Counted from the whole stretch's first letter, positions 35,535 to 48,255 are shown. The stretch is 63,185 nt of DNA, filler included, from Globobulimina sp. (GCA_003354225.1; 36 parts of 36 records of this genome joined end to end with filler, not necessarily neighbours in it), one strand, 5' to 3'. Notes: generated from the sequence alone by a model not told the origin. Numbers and translations are program-made.

Positions 35535-36700
35535 TTACATATCATCAAAGGACATATAGCCACCATCAGATAAACTGTTTGAAATAACAATCAATTGAAC
35601 GTCGGCAAATACTTTTTGTATATTATGTGCATCCGTGGCACAGGTTAAATGCGTGAATATTTCTCTTGTTTCGTACTTTTTATTCACTTTTTTAAATTTA
35701 CGGATGATAAATTGGGCCGCTTTCTGAAAGTCAAAACACCGGCCATCATATCTTCTGAATGACTTACATTGGTTCAATGGAACTTTATTTACGCAATGTT
35801 TCTGTTGAAATAAGTCTTTTTTGTTTAAAAACAGTATCATTGCGGTTTCAGATAATGTCTCATTGTTACAAATCTCATCAAATAATTCAAGCTGATCAAC
35901 CATCGCATTTTCTTTTGCATCTTCATGTAATATCTCATCATAACAACTTAATGACGCAACAAAAATAATTGCTACCACAGAGTCAAAGCAATGAACTGTG
36001 TATAAAACAAAACAAAACATTTTATTTATTCCAATACTATCAAATTTTCCCTCTTATACACATTTTGCACCGATTTAAATGAAAAAAGTAGGTGATCCTC
36101 CATTATTTTTCAGCGTCAGAACGTTTTCTAACATGCACTAATTCCAAATATGTAACTATCACTAAAATGAAACAAGAATATTTCAGAAACTGCCCGGCAA
36201 ATTAACTCCATTCGATTCCTACGACCGATTCAGATAAGATTTTGCCAGTACAATAATGAAAAATGTTAAGCTGCTCTGACGCTGAGACACTAACAAAAAT
36301 ATGAAGGTATATACTGTAGATATAATTATTAATAACTCCATTTTCTTCTGTGTGATTTTTGCCCGCCAACATCAATAACATTAAACCAATCGTTTTCAAC
36401 TTTAAACTGCATTTCATGTAAACCTTTTTCATTGCAATACAGAATTAACAGCAAACAGATATATACCGAGGACCACAATGTACATGACCTATAGTTGGGA
36501 GTCGACATAACATGATGTCTTGTTTGCTCGGCACATATTCAGATTGTTGGATCTCAGGCAATTTGTCCCAAAAATGAGCAGATGAGGTCTCGATTTTGGT
36601 AATATTTCGTTTGTTATAAATTTCTTTCATCACAGGTTCATTCCATAGTGATTGTACCGATGACATTATGTCTTTTAAATCGTCCAATGACCGGTTGGGG
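35535..36700 (-). CDS. Heterotrimeric G-protein alpha subunit (5' partial; introns 36424-36488, 35996-36336)
   Basis: YVPSKQDIMLCRLPTIG; DVGGQKSHRRKWIHCF; IIFVASLSCYD; ILFLNKKDLF; HLTCATD. Confidence 0.93.
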
Positions 36701-36719
36701 TTTATTGGTGCCTCACGCT

Positions 36720-36832
36720 TTAAAACCCGAGCGCGCACCCGTCTTTACGCGGATCGGATCCACCGACCAGAACCCCGTTGTCCCAATCGATCCAGATCGC
36801 CTGACCGCCGCCGATCGCCGCCGGCGCCGCTT
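36720..36832 (-). CDS. ggt: Bacterial gamma-glutamyltransferase C-terminus at contig tip
   Basis: Very GC-rich; [32 protein letters not shown]. Confidence 0.85.
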
Positions 36833-37352
36833 NNNNNNNNNNNNNNNNNNNNNNNNNNNNNNNNNNNNNNNNNNNNTTAATTAATTAANNNNNNNNNNNN
36901 NNNNNNNNNNNNNNNNNNNNNNNNNNNNNNNNTATTGCAGCTGGAAATGTCAAAAGAAACATTGGAACAGCCAGCATCGGAAGGGATGTCACGGAAATTG
37001 GTCCAACATCTATACAATATTCAGAGACAACTTGAGAACAACTTTCATCTGAATTCAATTTTTCGTTGGCTTATAGGTGTATTTAAGCAGCTTTCTTGAC
37101 ACAATGAACCAAGGCAACCTTGTTAAGGATTCCAAAAAAACTGTTTAGTGCAGTTTTTCTACAAAATGGTATCAATTATTTCAGCAAAAGAACATTTAGA
37201 AAATATACGATTAATATGAAATAAAAATAAAATGCCCATTCGATCACTGAATGTAATATGTTATGTATAATATTAATTATTGGTTTTTCGTGACGTTATT
37301 AAGTACGTATAACGTAAACATTCAACGCTCAAAAAACGCTGCGATTTTAAAC

Positions 37353-38590
37353 ATGCACTCCGTAAAAATCCAGCAAATTGCAATGGGAAATAATGATAAA
37401 GAAAACGAGAGTAAATCTGCTCTTTCCTCCGATGATGAAGTATATGCTCAAGACGTCGACCACAATTATTCAGATTTAAAAATTAATAAATTATTTAATC
37501 CATATTCCGCATCATCAAGAAATACTTTATTGAGTCGATCCAAAGCCAGATTGTCTCGATCAAATTCAAATCGTCCCAATCATCATCAAAACAGACCTCA
37601 TACCACCACCAAATATAACCGTTACCATCACCATAATCAACAAAAACAACCGCCAAAATATGCCAATTGGGGAATGAAAATTGATTCGACGGAGGCATTG
37701 CGTGAACAAATAATATCATTAAAAAGAAATTTTAAAACAGTTTGTGGTGAAAATAAATTAATTAAAACCGAAAAAAGAAGAATGGAAAAGTTATTACATA
37801 AAAATGATAGGAAATTGAAAAGATTACTAAATACTGTTTCTAGCGAATCACTGGTCAATGTTCCGGATATGGACAATTTTTTAGGTGATGAACATAGAAA
37901 ATATGCAAGCACCGAATTGTTAGATGTGTTGGGTGTGGCGCGTCGTCATAATATTTTATTGAAGCAACAATTGGAAAAAACAAAGCAAGAATTACTGACA
38001 TCACAAAGTATAATCAAGCAAATGCAACATGGAGAGGAATATGGTTTGGATGGTGACCATGAAGAGAATGAAGCAATTATTGAGCATTTAGAGGACCAGT
38101 TATCTGAATATAAAACAGAAATTGTTGAATGCCACAATGTATTCGATACGCTGACCAAATCCAATGACGATGCATTACGCAAATTAGATGAAAAAGATAA
38201 AGATGTAAAAGATTTATTGTACGAAATTACAGAGTTTGAAACAAAAAATGACGATTTAGCGATTGAGTTAAAACAACAAAAACAGATTGAAACACAGAAC
38301 CAATCACAAAATATAAATTTAGCAAATCAACTAAAGCGACAAAAACAGATTGAAGTACAGAACCAATCACAAATAAAAAATTTAGCGAATGAATTAAAAC
38401 AACAAAAAAAGATTGAATCGCAGCAACAATTACAAATTAAGAAATTAAGCAATAAATTGAGTGACATTGAAATTGAGTTAAAAGAAAACATTGGATTTTA
38501 CCAAACATTTGAAAAATCATGGACTGAATGTAATAAATTTATTAATGGATTGGTTGCTAAAACTCAAGAAAACCAAAATAATCCAAATAA
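37353..38590 (+). CDS. Coiled-coil protein (partial)
   Basis: Open frame over 400 codons with heptad pattern. Confidence 0.7.
38256..38444 (+). repeat. 63-bp (21-aa) coding tandem repeat x3
   Basis: LAIELKQQKQIETQNQSQNIN / LANQLKRQKQIEVQNQSQIKN / LANELKQQKKIESQQQLQIKK. Confidence 0.85.
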
Positions 38591-38690
38591 NNNNNNNNNN
38601 NNNNNNNNNNNNNNNNNNNNNNNNNNNNNNNNNNTTAATTAATTAANNNNNNNNNNNNNNNNNNNNNNNNNNNNNNNNNNNNNNNNNNNN

Positions 38691-38982
38691 ATTTGGTTTC
38701 AAATGGATTGAATGGTTTTTTATGGAGAAAGACAGATTAATACAAAGGAAAAAATTGCCAGTTCCGCCACCACCGAAAATATTGGAAAAAATAGAGAATG
38801 GCAGGAATGATAAGAAAGATATTTGTTTAATGTGCGGCAATAAAAGAATAAATAGTTCGTGCATCCCATCCGGATTTGTATTCTGTTATAATTGCATATT
38901 TCCATTCATTCAACAAAAGAAATGTTGTCCCGTCACAAAACTGCCTTGTCTGCCCATGCAAATCAGGCGCATTTATGAATGA
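38691..38982 (+). CDS. PEX12: Peroxin 12 C-terminal RING
   Basis: FKWIEW...LPVPPPP...ICLMC..KRIN....SGFVFCYNCI..F.....CPVT.LP....IRRIYE. Confidence 0.9.
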
Positions 38983-39082
38983 TTGATTGTAATTTCGAAG
39001 TGCGATTTAGTTTGAATAGGAAATTAGTAATCTGATCACCCCAGAAACACTTTCGTGTGGTTTTTAAGTCCGTGTCTCTAAT

Positions 39083-40066
39083 ATGAACATGTCTCTTCCC
39101 TCAGAAGTGTTTTTTGAAACACATAATGGAAAATATATTGGCAATCATCATGAACACACATTGAAACTGACAGAGACTAAACGTTGGTGGAGGACGGAGT
39201 ATCATTCAGGAAAATATGCATTTAAGTCCAAAAGCCACCAGCGATACATGTGTGCCGCAAACGATGGCAATTTGACAGCAAATCGTCAGAAACGAGTAGA
39301 CTGGGAATTATTTTCTATGGTGCATCAGGGCGGAGAGCGGTACAAAGTCAAATGTTACGATGGCAAATATATTTATTTGAATGGTACAAAATTCAGACAT
39401 AATAAGGGCGGCGGCGGCGATACATTTCGAGTCAGCAACTTCGATCATGACGAAAAAGTACAAAAAGAGAAACATGAACAGGTTAACGAAGAAGAAAAAT
39501 ATGATTTATTATCAGCAAATATTCAAGAAAAAGATAAAGAAATTAAATTATTACAACAAAAAAATGATGCAATGGATTATCAATTTAAATTAAACGAAGC
39601 AAAAATTAAATCGCTTTCATCAACTTTTAATCAGAAAATGCAAGAAATGAGATCAATGAATGAGACACAAAACAATAAAATTAAATTATTAAATGATAGG
39701 ATAACAACAATTTTTGAGGAAGAAAGAAAAGAAAAGAAAGAAAATGAGAGTGAAATCAATAAATTAAAGCAAGAAATAAATAAATTAAAATCGAATGTAA
39801 ATGAGTATAAAAAAGGGAATAACAATGAAAATATGAATAAATTACGTTTATTTTTTGAATATGAATTAAATTTACCACAATATTTTGATGCAATCATCGA
39901 TGCGGGTTTTACAGATATTTTATCATTGAATGATTTAACAAATGAAGATTTGAAAGAAATAAATGTTAAAATTGCACATAGAAAAAGAATATTAAAAGCT
40001 ATTCAACAAAAACAACCTAAACAACAACCACAAAAACAACCGGAAGGTGGTACTGATTGGCATTAA
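39083..40066 (+). CDS. Fascin-like beta-trefoil + coiled coil + SAM domain protein
   Basis: FETHNGKYI, YAFKS...RYMCA..DG.LTANR....WELF (fascin-like); LNLPQYFDAIIDAGF.D..SL.DLTNEDLKEI.VKIAHRKRILKAI (SAM). Confidence 0.8.
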   Translation: MNMSLPSEVFFETHNGKYIGNHHEHTLKLTETKRWWRTEYHSGKYAFKSKSHQRYMCAANDGNLTANRQKRVDWELFSMVHQGGERYKVKCYDGKYIYLNGTKFRHNKGGGGDTFRVSNFDHDEKVQKEKHEQVNEEEKYDLLSANIQEKDKEIKLLQQKNDAMDYQFKLNEAKIKSLSSTFNQKMQEMRSMNETQNNKIKLLNDRITTIFEEERKEKKENESEINKLKQEINKLKSNVNEYKKGNNNENMNKLRLFFEYELNLPQYFDAIIDAGFTDILSLNDLTNEDLKEINVKIAHRKRILKAIQQKQPKQQPQKQPEGGTDWH

Positions 40067-40883
40067 AAGTATTATTATGTACAGAATCCTTGTGTCTGTG
40101 TGTATTTATTGTGCTTTGCTGTTGCGATACACAATTAATATAATATAATATAAGTTGGAATCCGCAGTTACAGTGTTTTTGATTTCATAATGAAAAATAT
40201 TTATGGTTTCTGCCCTTTTTGATTGGTTATTGCACAGTAGACTCAATTGACAAACAGGAGTGCTATTTACATGACACTCAATCTCAGTATTTAACAATGA
40301 CAACATACAAAAAACAATCAGCATACGTAGCATGTCTTACTAACCACNNNNNNNNNNNNNNNNNNNNNNNNNNNNNNNNNNNNNNNNNNNNTTAATTAAT
40401 TAANNNNNNNNNNNNNNNNNNNNNNNNNNNNNNNNNNNNNNNNNNNNACATATAAAATGCACTGAAACACATCATTGTTAATTGAACATATAATAATGTG
40501 GCGCGTCTCCAATTTCCTTTCAACTGTTCTTTTTTTTTCTAATATAATTGATTTGAACACCAATTAAAATTAATGTTAATAATACACAAAATGTTTGAAT
40601 TGTCAGCGTTGTGTAGTTTGTTGCGCTTTTTCCAACTGCCTGTATATATATTATATAATATATTAAATGAATTATTTGTACGTATATAGATTTAAGAATT
40701 ACCCAATCATCAATATTACCACCAAACATCATGCCAAACTGAAACATACTCATATTGCTTCAAATTAAAATAATGCTAAAGCTTTGTCGTAGGTATTGTC
40801 ACATGGGTATTAGTTGTTGTCAATTTTCTGCGTTAGTAAAACCTACTACACTGTTTTTCAGTGACTTGAATTTTATAGTGCTA

Positions 40884-41672
40884 ATGGCCATGGGAACCTT
40901 TAAACTATTTGCTCGTTTTAGATTTAAATACAGCTCAAAACATTACCATTATCATATTTATTTTGGTACTATACCACCATTATTGTGGATTACATCCAAA
41001 GGGATCAATCGTAGAACAACAAATAATGGAAAAATAAAGGAATACGCGTTAAAAGAATCGATATATTTCCCAACAAAAGCAGTGCACCACGGTATACGGC
41101 CAAATGTCGATGTTTCATATACTTTGTCCCATTCATTTTCATCGGTAATTAATGGTTATAAAATGGCAGAAATTCCATCATCAAATGTATTGCACGATTT
41201 ACTTCGTGAAGACTTTGACGAATTGAACAAATTCCACGAAAGAAAAATGATTGATCACAAATTTGTGCATTCAAAGGAATATATGAGGTTTCGTGTGATA
41301 TTAAAACCGTTTTCATGGTTGGACAATATACCAATTTTAAATTATATATTTAATATTTCCGTGACAGCATATGAGGACTGGATAATTGATTGGAAGCAAC
41401 ACAGAGCAGAATGCTTAATTACAAATGATTCGCTACGATGGACTTTCTCCGTTGATGAGCTAGTTATCATTCAAGGAATATCGAGCGGTGCTACATCATC
41501 AAAAGCATTGCGAAATACAACACACACCAAATTATATAAAGCATTATATATAAATGCGTTTATACCAATACCATCGATCATGTTTTCAAATTACAAAAAA
41601 TACTCTGACTCCTATATCAATGTTATAATGAAACTGGCTGCATTTCGTTGTAACTCTTCTTCTGTTGATTGA
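40884..41672 (+). CDS. Possible PRELI/MSF1-like lipid-transfer domain protein
   Basis: YTLSHSFSSV...P.SWL...AYEDWIID......ITN.SL...FSVDE spacing; weak. Confidence 0.4.
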   Translation: MAMGTFKLFARFRFKYSSKHYHYHIYFGTIPPLLWITSKGINRRTTNNGKIKEYALKESIYFPTKAVHHGIRPNVDVSYTLSHSFSSVINGYKMAEIPSSNVLHDLLREDFDELNKFHERKMIDHKFVHSKEYMRFRVILKPFSWLDNIPILNYIFNISVTAYEDWIIDWKQHRAECLITNDSLRWTFSVDELVIIQGISSGATSSKALRNTTHTKLYKALYINAFIPIPSIMFSNYKKYSDSYINVIMKLAAFRCNSSSVD

Positions 41673-41984
41673 AACAAATAATTTTGTGTTTTGTTATTAG
41701 AGTTTTCCTATTTAACCTTCTTTTTGTTCATGATCATTGATGATCAACTTTTTTAAAGCTGTTTTTATTGTTAAGATGAAACTTCAAAGTAGTACGGTTC
41801 GCATGTTATATAGAGATGACTGTCTTGTCCACTGTTGAGTTTGTGACTTGTACGTTGCTACGTATTCACCATTCTGTTGCAGATGACTGTGATGGGAGAT
41901 TTAGTTTTCCGCAATGGAATATAAACACAATCATCAGATACCCATCAAATTCCTTCTTACAAAGTAGGAGTGGAAAACAATCAT

Positions 41985-42104
41985 GATCAGCTCTATAAAT
42001 CGTGAGGACAATCGGCGAAGCGGATATTGATTTATTTTCTCCAGCAATTGCCTCCGTAAACTCTTGGATTTTCTTCGATGTCTGTTTTAATGATATTTTT
42101 TGTT
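41985..42104 (-). CDS. Dynamin/Mx-like GTPase scrap
   Basis: KIQEFTEAIAGENKSISASPIVLTIY resembles the dynamin segment before the G3 motif. Confidence 0.45.
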
Positions 42105-42204
42105 NNNNNNNNNNNNNNNNNNNNNNNNNNNNNNNNNNNNNNNNNNNNTTAATTAATTAANNNNNNNNNNNNNNNNNNNNNNNNNNNNNNNNNNNNNNNN
42201 NNNN

Positions 42205-43861
42205 TATTGAAAAAGAAAACAAATAGCAAGCAGCACATAAATGAAATGAAAAAAATAGAAATAAAGATATTGCAAATCGAGAAAGAGATTATGATAAAAC
42301 GGCAGATAGAATTTAAAAACAAAGCAAATGAATTATTCAAAGATAATATGTTAAAAAACTTATTCAATCATTTAAAAAATGAAGCAAATAATGATGCAAT
42401 AATTGAATATAAAAATAAAAAACTATTTACGGATATTGATATTATTGAAAATGGCACAGAATATTATTATGATTTATATAGTAAATATAAAGAATTACCG
42501 AATTATCCCAATATTAAACAAACAATCAATAAAATAATTAATGAGTCATATAATAATGATGAAGATGAAGACAATAATCCATTCCAAGAAAGTGAATATG
42601 ACATTGCATTGAAACAATGTCTAAACAGCAAAGCAGAGTCATTCGATCAGATTGGATACTATTTATTAAAACTAATGAATAAAAAGAAAGACATCAGAGA
42701 ATATAATATAAAAATGATTAATTTAATTTATATCCTATCTAAATATCCTACGAAATATCACATTGTGAAGTTGCACATGTTAATGAAGAGAAATACTGCC
42801 AAAATATATCGAGACTTCCGCACGATTACGATTGCGAGCAATAGGAAAACATTAATAAATACCATGCGAATTAATAGAATTAAAGATAAATACACATTGA
42901 ATATCCATCCTAATCATGCAGCATATCAAAAGGGACTAAGTTGTGAGATATTATCATATGCACAACAAATAAGTATTAATTATGTTGTCAATGAAAATGG
43001 ATTCGCAGTTATGAATATATCGGATTTAAATCAAGCATTCGATCATTGCAATAGGGATAAAATGATAATAAATGAAAATGAAATTAAAATCACAGGAAAG
43101 AATCTAAGATTAATAATAGATCAACTTAAAAATATGAAAGGTAGAATAGGATGGAAAGGAATGTATAGCAAATTATTGAATATAGTCAAATCAACACCGC
43201 AAGGCGATAATGGATCCGGTGATAATTGGAATTTATACACATCACCGATACTTTACCACCGATATGTTATGATATCAATATGAGCTCCAGCAAATTCTCT
43301 GATGATGGCTTAAATATTGCAAAGTCAAAAACTGCTCTTCAAAAACTAGTCAACATCGAAGAGACAGTCAGTCACAACCTCAACCTTTCAATGAATCCAA
43401 ATAAATCATTGAATATAATATATGCGAGGAATAGTAAATTAAGAGATGAAATATTGCAGCAATGCTATTTTTACAATGGAAAGTATTCAAAGCATTTACA
43501 TATAAATGGAGATCCAGTGCCAATTGCAAACGATAAGCAGGTCAAAGATGGGAAACTAAAAATATTGGGAATATGGAGAGATTTTAACAACAAATTAGAT
43601 TTTAAAATGATTCATTTTAATAAACAAATCGAAATATTTATTAATCTAAACAAAAAACTGTATCTTAGTGGAATAATTGGAGCAGAAACCACATTATCAC
43701 TACAAAAACAATTTTATGCATTAAAAATAAGGCCCGCAGTAACTTATGGAATGATAATATTAGGATTGGCACAAACACATTATAATAAATTGGATTCGGC
43801 TCAACACAAAATATTATCATCAATAATGAATAGTGGATTAAGCGCCGACGACATTACATTG
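42205..43861 (+). mobile_element. Non-LTR retrotransposon reverse transcriptase region, frameshift near 43250
   Basis: L.K......FRTITIAS; IHPNHAAYQKGLS; SDLNQAFDHCN; TPQGDNGSG..WNLY; second frame FSDD, SMNPNKS, LKILG, IRPAVTYG. Confidence 0.85.
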
Positions 43862-44102
43862 NNNNNNNNNNNNNNNNNNNNNNNNNNNNNNNNNNNNNNN
43901 NNNNNTTAATTAATTAANNNNNNNNNNNNNNNNNNNNNNNNNNNNNNNNNNNNNNNNNNNNTTATTTTTTTTACTTATGATTATTTCTGATTCATTTTAA
44001 CCCAATCGATACGGCGTATATTCAAAATAAAAGGCGATGCCATCGTTCGTCAGGGTTTTTTCATAGTATTTAAGGTGTTTTTTTTTGGTAAAGCATTAAA
44101 TA

Positions 44103-45618
44103 ATGTCCACAAAGTCACGTTCTATATCAATTAGATACTTGTTTATTATCATGGTTATTGCGATGCTATTATTAACTGTATACATTTTGAATACATACCC
44201 TTTATTTGAAGAGCCTGCTTCATCATTAACAATTCGATTACCATTACCATCATATTTCCAATATACATGTTATTCATTTGGATCTATTTGCAAAAAATTA
44301 AAATTATCTAAAATCAAGACAATAAATGAATTCAATACAATTTGCAAATGGATATTCAATAAATTATCACAAAATATATCATCATTAAATCCATTGTTTG
44401 TTCTCTCATTGAGAAGAGAATATTTTTTTATGTTAAACATATCAAATAATCAAATAATAATAAATCCACACTGCAATACTTCATTTATTAACAACTTATT
44501 CCAACCACTTCATTTAAGTAAATTCCATCATTGTAAAGATCCGATCTTATATCATACGCATATTAGTAAAGCAGTTGGAACCTCTGTTTTTTTTGGAGTT
44601 AAAGAAATAGCAAAAAAGATTGGAATGAATGATATAGAAATTACACAAAGAATACGAAGAGATTTATTTGATATTGAGATTGGAAAATATATATTCAAAG
44701 GAATTACAAACAAACTCACTTCATTCAAATCATGTAAATGGTTGAATCAATATTTAATAAAACAAAAGCATAAACCACTTCGCGTAGAGAGTGAGTCCCC
44801 ATTAAGTATGCATGGAATATGTGGCGAGTTTTATAATTCGATAATTCTGCGAGAACCAATAACTCACAGATTATCAATGTTATCTTATCAGAATATGTTT
44901 GATCAAAAAAGGGCCGCTTTATACTGTAAAAATAAAACAACTTCAAAATGGAAAATGTGTAAACAAATTTCAGAAATGAATGGTTTTCTATCCGAAATAT
45001 TCGATTCTGATAACAATGTTGGATATAATTCAAATTTAGAAAGGATTGAAAATCATGAAATGCTAAAAACGATCTATAATGAAACAGTATTAATGGAATA
45101 CATAAATCCTGCGCGAAATGAACGAAATTTTGGAATTGGATACAGATTTTATCGAATTACTGACAAAGTCTATCAAAATTTCAATACCTCGCAATTGTTT
45201 GGATGGTTAACAAATACTTATATTCGATGGATTGCATTAAATAAATGGAATAAAAATATAAATCAGCCATTAACAGATTGTATGAATATAAATTATTTAC
45301 ATTTAAATGAATTGCATTTATTCATTGCAAAAACAATTTTATTAAATTATGATTATGTATTACCATTTGATCGTGTACAGTTTCATTCGAATAATCATAA
45401 AATTTGGCGATATTACGCTAAAGAAATAGAAGTGAATATTTTTCAGAAATATAAAAATAGAAATACTCCATCTCTCATCACATATTGGCCGAAAGAGAGA
45501 TATCTTCGAAAAACAAGACATCAAATATCTACATTTTCATTACAAAGTTTATTCCAACAAACCGGTGAAATTCAATTGCTAATTGACCGCACTAAACTTG
45601 ATTTGCACTTTTTCGAGT
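44103..45618 (+). CDS. Golgi-type (type II membrane) sulfotransferase, partial
   Basis: N-terminal TM; 5'-PSB HTHISKAVGTS; 3'-PB ILREPITHRLS. Confidence 0.75.
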
Positions 45619-46096
45619 NNNNNNNNNNNNNNNNNNNNNNNNNNNNNNNNNNNNNNNNNNNNTTAATTAATTAANNNNNNNNNNNNNNNNNNNNNNNNNN
45701 NNNNNNNNNNNNNNNNNNGAGTGTAAGGAAACCAAATAGCGAGAGCCAAGACGACAGCATGCTTAATTATGTTTTTTTTCTTTACTCACAAATAAGTCAC
45801 AATATCTTCTGAAAATCTCATAAATGAAAGCATGGCCCAGACGAATGGAACACGACATAACAAAACGCAACACGTACATATATACAAAGCACCCACATCC
45901 ACATTTTTTTGATACATTTTGTATAATATATATTGCATCGGCTCTCTATGTTTAATACTCTCGATATGATCTCAGGACAAATGGTTGTTTAATACTCTGT
46001 ATTCTCTAATTTTATAATGTATTCGATTATGATCTCTAATTTTATAATGTATAAATAGCAATTTATTAATAATAGCAACCCATAGCAATTACTACA

Positions 46097-47375
46097 ATGC
46101 ATTCGAATTCAAAAAAGATTGTCAGCGATGAATCAAAACTAAGTCTCATTGCAAATAAAGAACAAAGTGGACGTAATAAAAAAATGTATAAAAATGCGTA
46201 TTGTAAATCACGTCGTGATTGTTGTTGTTTTGGCAGTGGTTTACTTTTAGCCATTATCTTCAGCACTGCATTTTTTTTAATATTTGCATTCTCATTCAAT
46301 TCCAGCTCAAACCACAAGGACAGAATTACAGCGCCATCAAGCATCAGATTTGCAAACTCGTCGAGGGGCTCAGATTACATTTATTTGGAATGGAAGGCGC
46401 CACAATCGAGCGGTGGTTCGTTCATTCAATCATATTCATTGCAATATAAATATAAATCAAATAATGCTGTACATGTCGACGCAAATTGGACTGACGTTTT
46501 TATGGCAGACAAAGGATTATTATTAAATGCGAACATTACAGAGTTAACAGCTTCGACGGCGTATCAATTCAGAATCAATTCATTCAATGCATTTTTCACG
46601 TCGAGTTGGAGTGAAATATATAATGTTTACACAAAGGCAGCAATAATACCATCGGCGCCATCCGCGCCGTTTATAATCAATATTGAAAAAAATGCGGATA
46701 ACAAAACAATTAATGTCACCGTCGCATTTAGCAAATATTCAGACGGTGGAGCTGCCATTGATTTGTATGCAGTATTTTATCACTCATTGCATGGAGCAGA
46801 GGTCAAATCATTTTGTAACATCACATCCGCGGAAATTGAAAAGTTTAAACGCCATAAGTTGAATCAGCTAAATTGTACTGGAACAATTCGGACAGCTGAA
46901 AAAAATACAATTTATGCGCTGGGTGTTACTGCCACAAATTATGTGGGAACTTCAGCTTTATCCGCAATGACAGCGTGCGTTATTCCAGAAATGGATTCTG
47001 TGGAATATTATATGTGCAAACTTCGAAATGTTCCGTCTAAAATCCAGCAGTCGGCAATATCTGTGGCGATATCACCGTATGAGATTGACGTAAAATGGCT
47101 CGCTCCTTTGCATGAGAGTGATGCGCCAATATTGTCGTATGAACTGCAGAGAGACGATTGGATGAAGGATGAGTCATTGCATAGTGTGGAGATCCCCAAT
47201 GATGGATTATCGCTTTATGCACAATTACAGCCATTGACGCCTGGCTCGCCGTATCAACTCAGGATAAGGGCAGTTAATAAGTATGGTGCAGCGGAATGGA
47301 GCGACTTAGTGACTGTCACAACTACGGAAACTGAGAAATGTGGAAACTATAAAGATTTGACAATACTGAAGGAAC
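46097..47375 (+). CDS. Type II membrane protein with three FN3 domains (partial)
   Basis: TM then LEWKAP..SGGS.I.SY, LTASTAYQFRI.SFN, LTPGSPYQLRIRAVNKYG..EWS. Confidence 0.88.
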
Positions 47376-47488
47376 NNNNNNNNNNNNNNNNNNNNNNNNN
47401 NNNNNNNNNNNNNNNNNNNTTAATTAATTAANNNNNNNNNNNNNNNNNNNNNNNNNNNNNNNNNNNNNNNNNNNNCACTAGCGACCAT

Positions 47489-47990
47489 CATGGTAACTTT
47501 TGCATAGAAATATGAAAAAGAAATATGGATATTTCAAAACTCATCAAAAATATAATAGAAAAAAAAGAAAAAACATCAGGTCGAAGCTTTAAAAAACTTA
47601 GTCAATCACAAAAGAAGTGTTTAGAAGTGTAAACCTAAAAAGTCAAATGTGTTTCCAACAAGTCCTATTCTAAAGTAGATAGAAAATGGTGAATATTTCT
47701 TTCCATAGAAATATGATAGTAAAATGTTATTTTCTCTTTTTTTTTTATTATATTTTTGATGAGTTTTGAAGAAATATCAATATTTCTTTTTCATATTTCT
47801 ATGCATTTTCTCTGAAATTCTAGCCCTTGGATATTCACGAAAATTTCACGAAAAGTATTTGTCACGAAAAGTATATCTCCTATACAAGCTCTATGCAAAT
47901 TTCACGAAAAGTAGAATTATCACGAAAAGTACTTTTCGTGAATATCCAAGGGCTACAATTTCAGCATTTTCTAATGCAAAAGTTACCATG
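47489..47990. mobile_element. Non-autonomous foldback/MITE-like element with about 90-bp imperfect inverted arms
   Basis: 47489-47577 pairs with 47723-47804 plus 47974-47990 (CATGGTAACTTTTGCAT / ATGCAAAAGTTACCATG); right arm interrupted by the inner MITE. Confidence 0.65.
47812..47964. mobile_element. 153-bp MITE, 32-bp TIRs, 8-bp TSD CATTTTCT
   Basis: TIRs CTGAAATTCTAGCCCTTGGATATTCACGAAAA / TTTTCGTGAATATCCAAGGGCTACAATTTCAG (31/32); TSD at 47804-47811 and 47965-47972; internal TCACGAAAA repeats. Confidence 0.88.
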
Positions 47991-48255
47991 AACTAAACTA
48001 ACATACTAAAATTAATCGGGGTTTAAAATTCAGATAAAAATGTTAAATGGATTCAAAAATTAACAAATTGATCAAAGCAACAACATAAAATAAAAAAAAA
48101 GAAACCAAACATCTGACATTGTTCATCCGTTAAAACACTCGAAAATATCATTTGTTGTATACATAAAAACAATACAATACAATAAACAAACAAATAATAA
48201 GAATATATATTAAAAAAATAGAATAAATGGAAGGGGAAGTTGTAGGAAAATAATA

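Noticed and set aside
35289-37132. Shared TGTTAAGGATTCC at about 35289 and 37121
   Set aside because: 13-bp match between two contigs with no extended similarity; too short to call a repeat family.
31659-43861. Linking the Polinton-like contig with the RT contig or neighbouring genes into one element
   Set aside because: Separate contigs ordered only by length; no linkage information.
47766-47996. 76-aa ORF
   Set aside because: Lies wholly within the nested inverted-repeat elements; no coding features.
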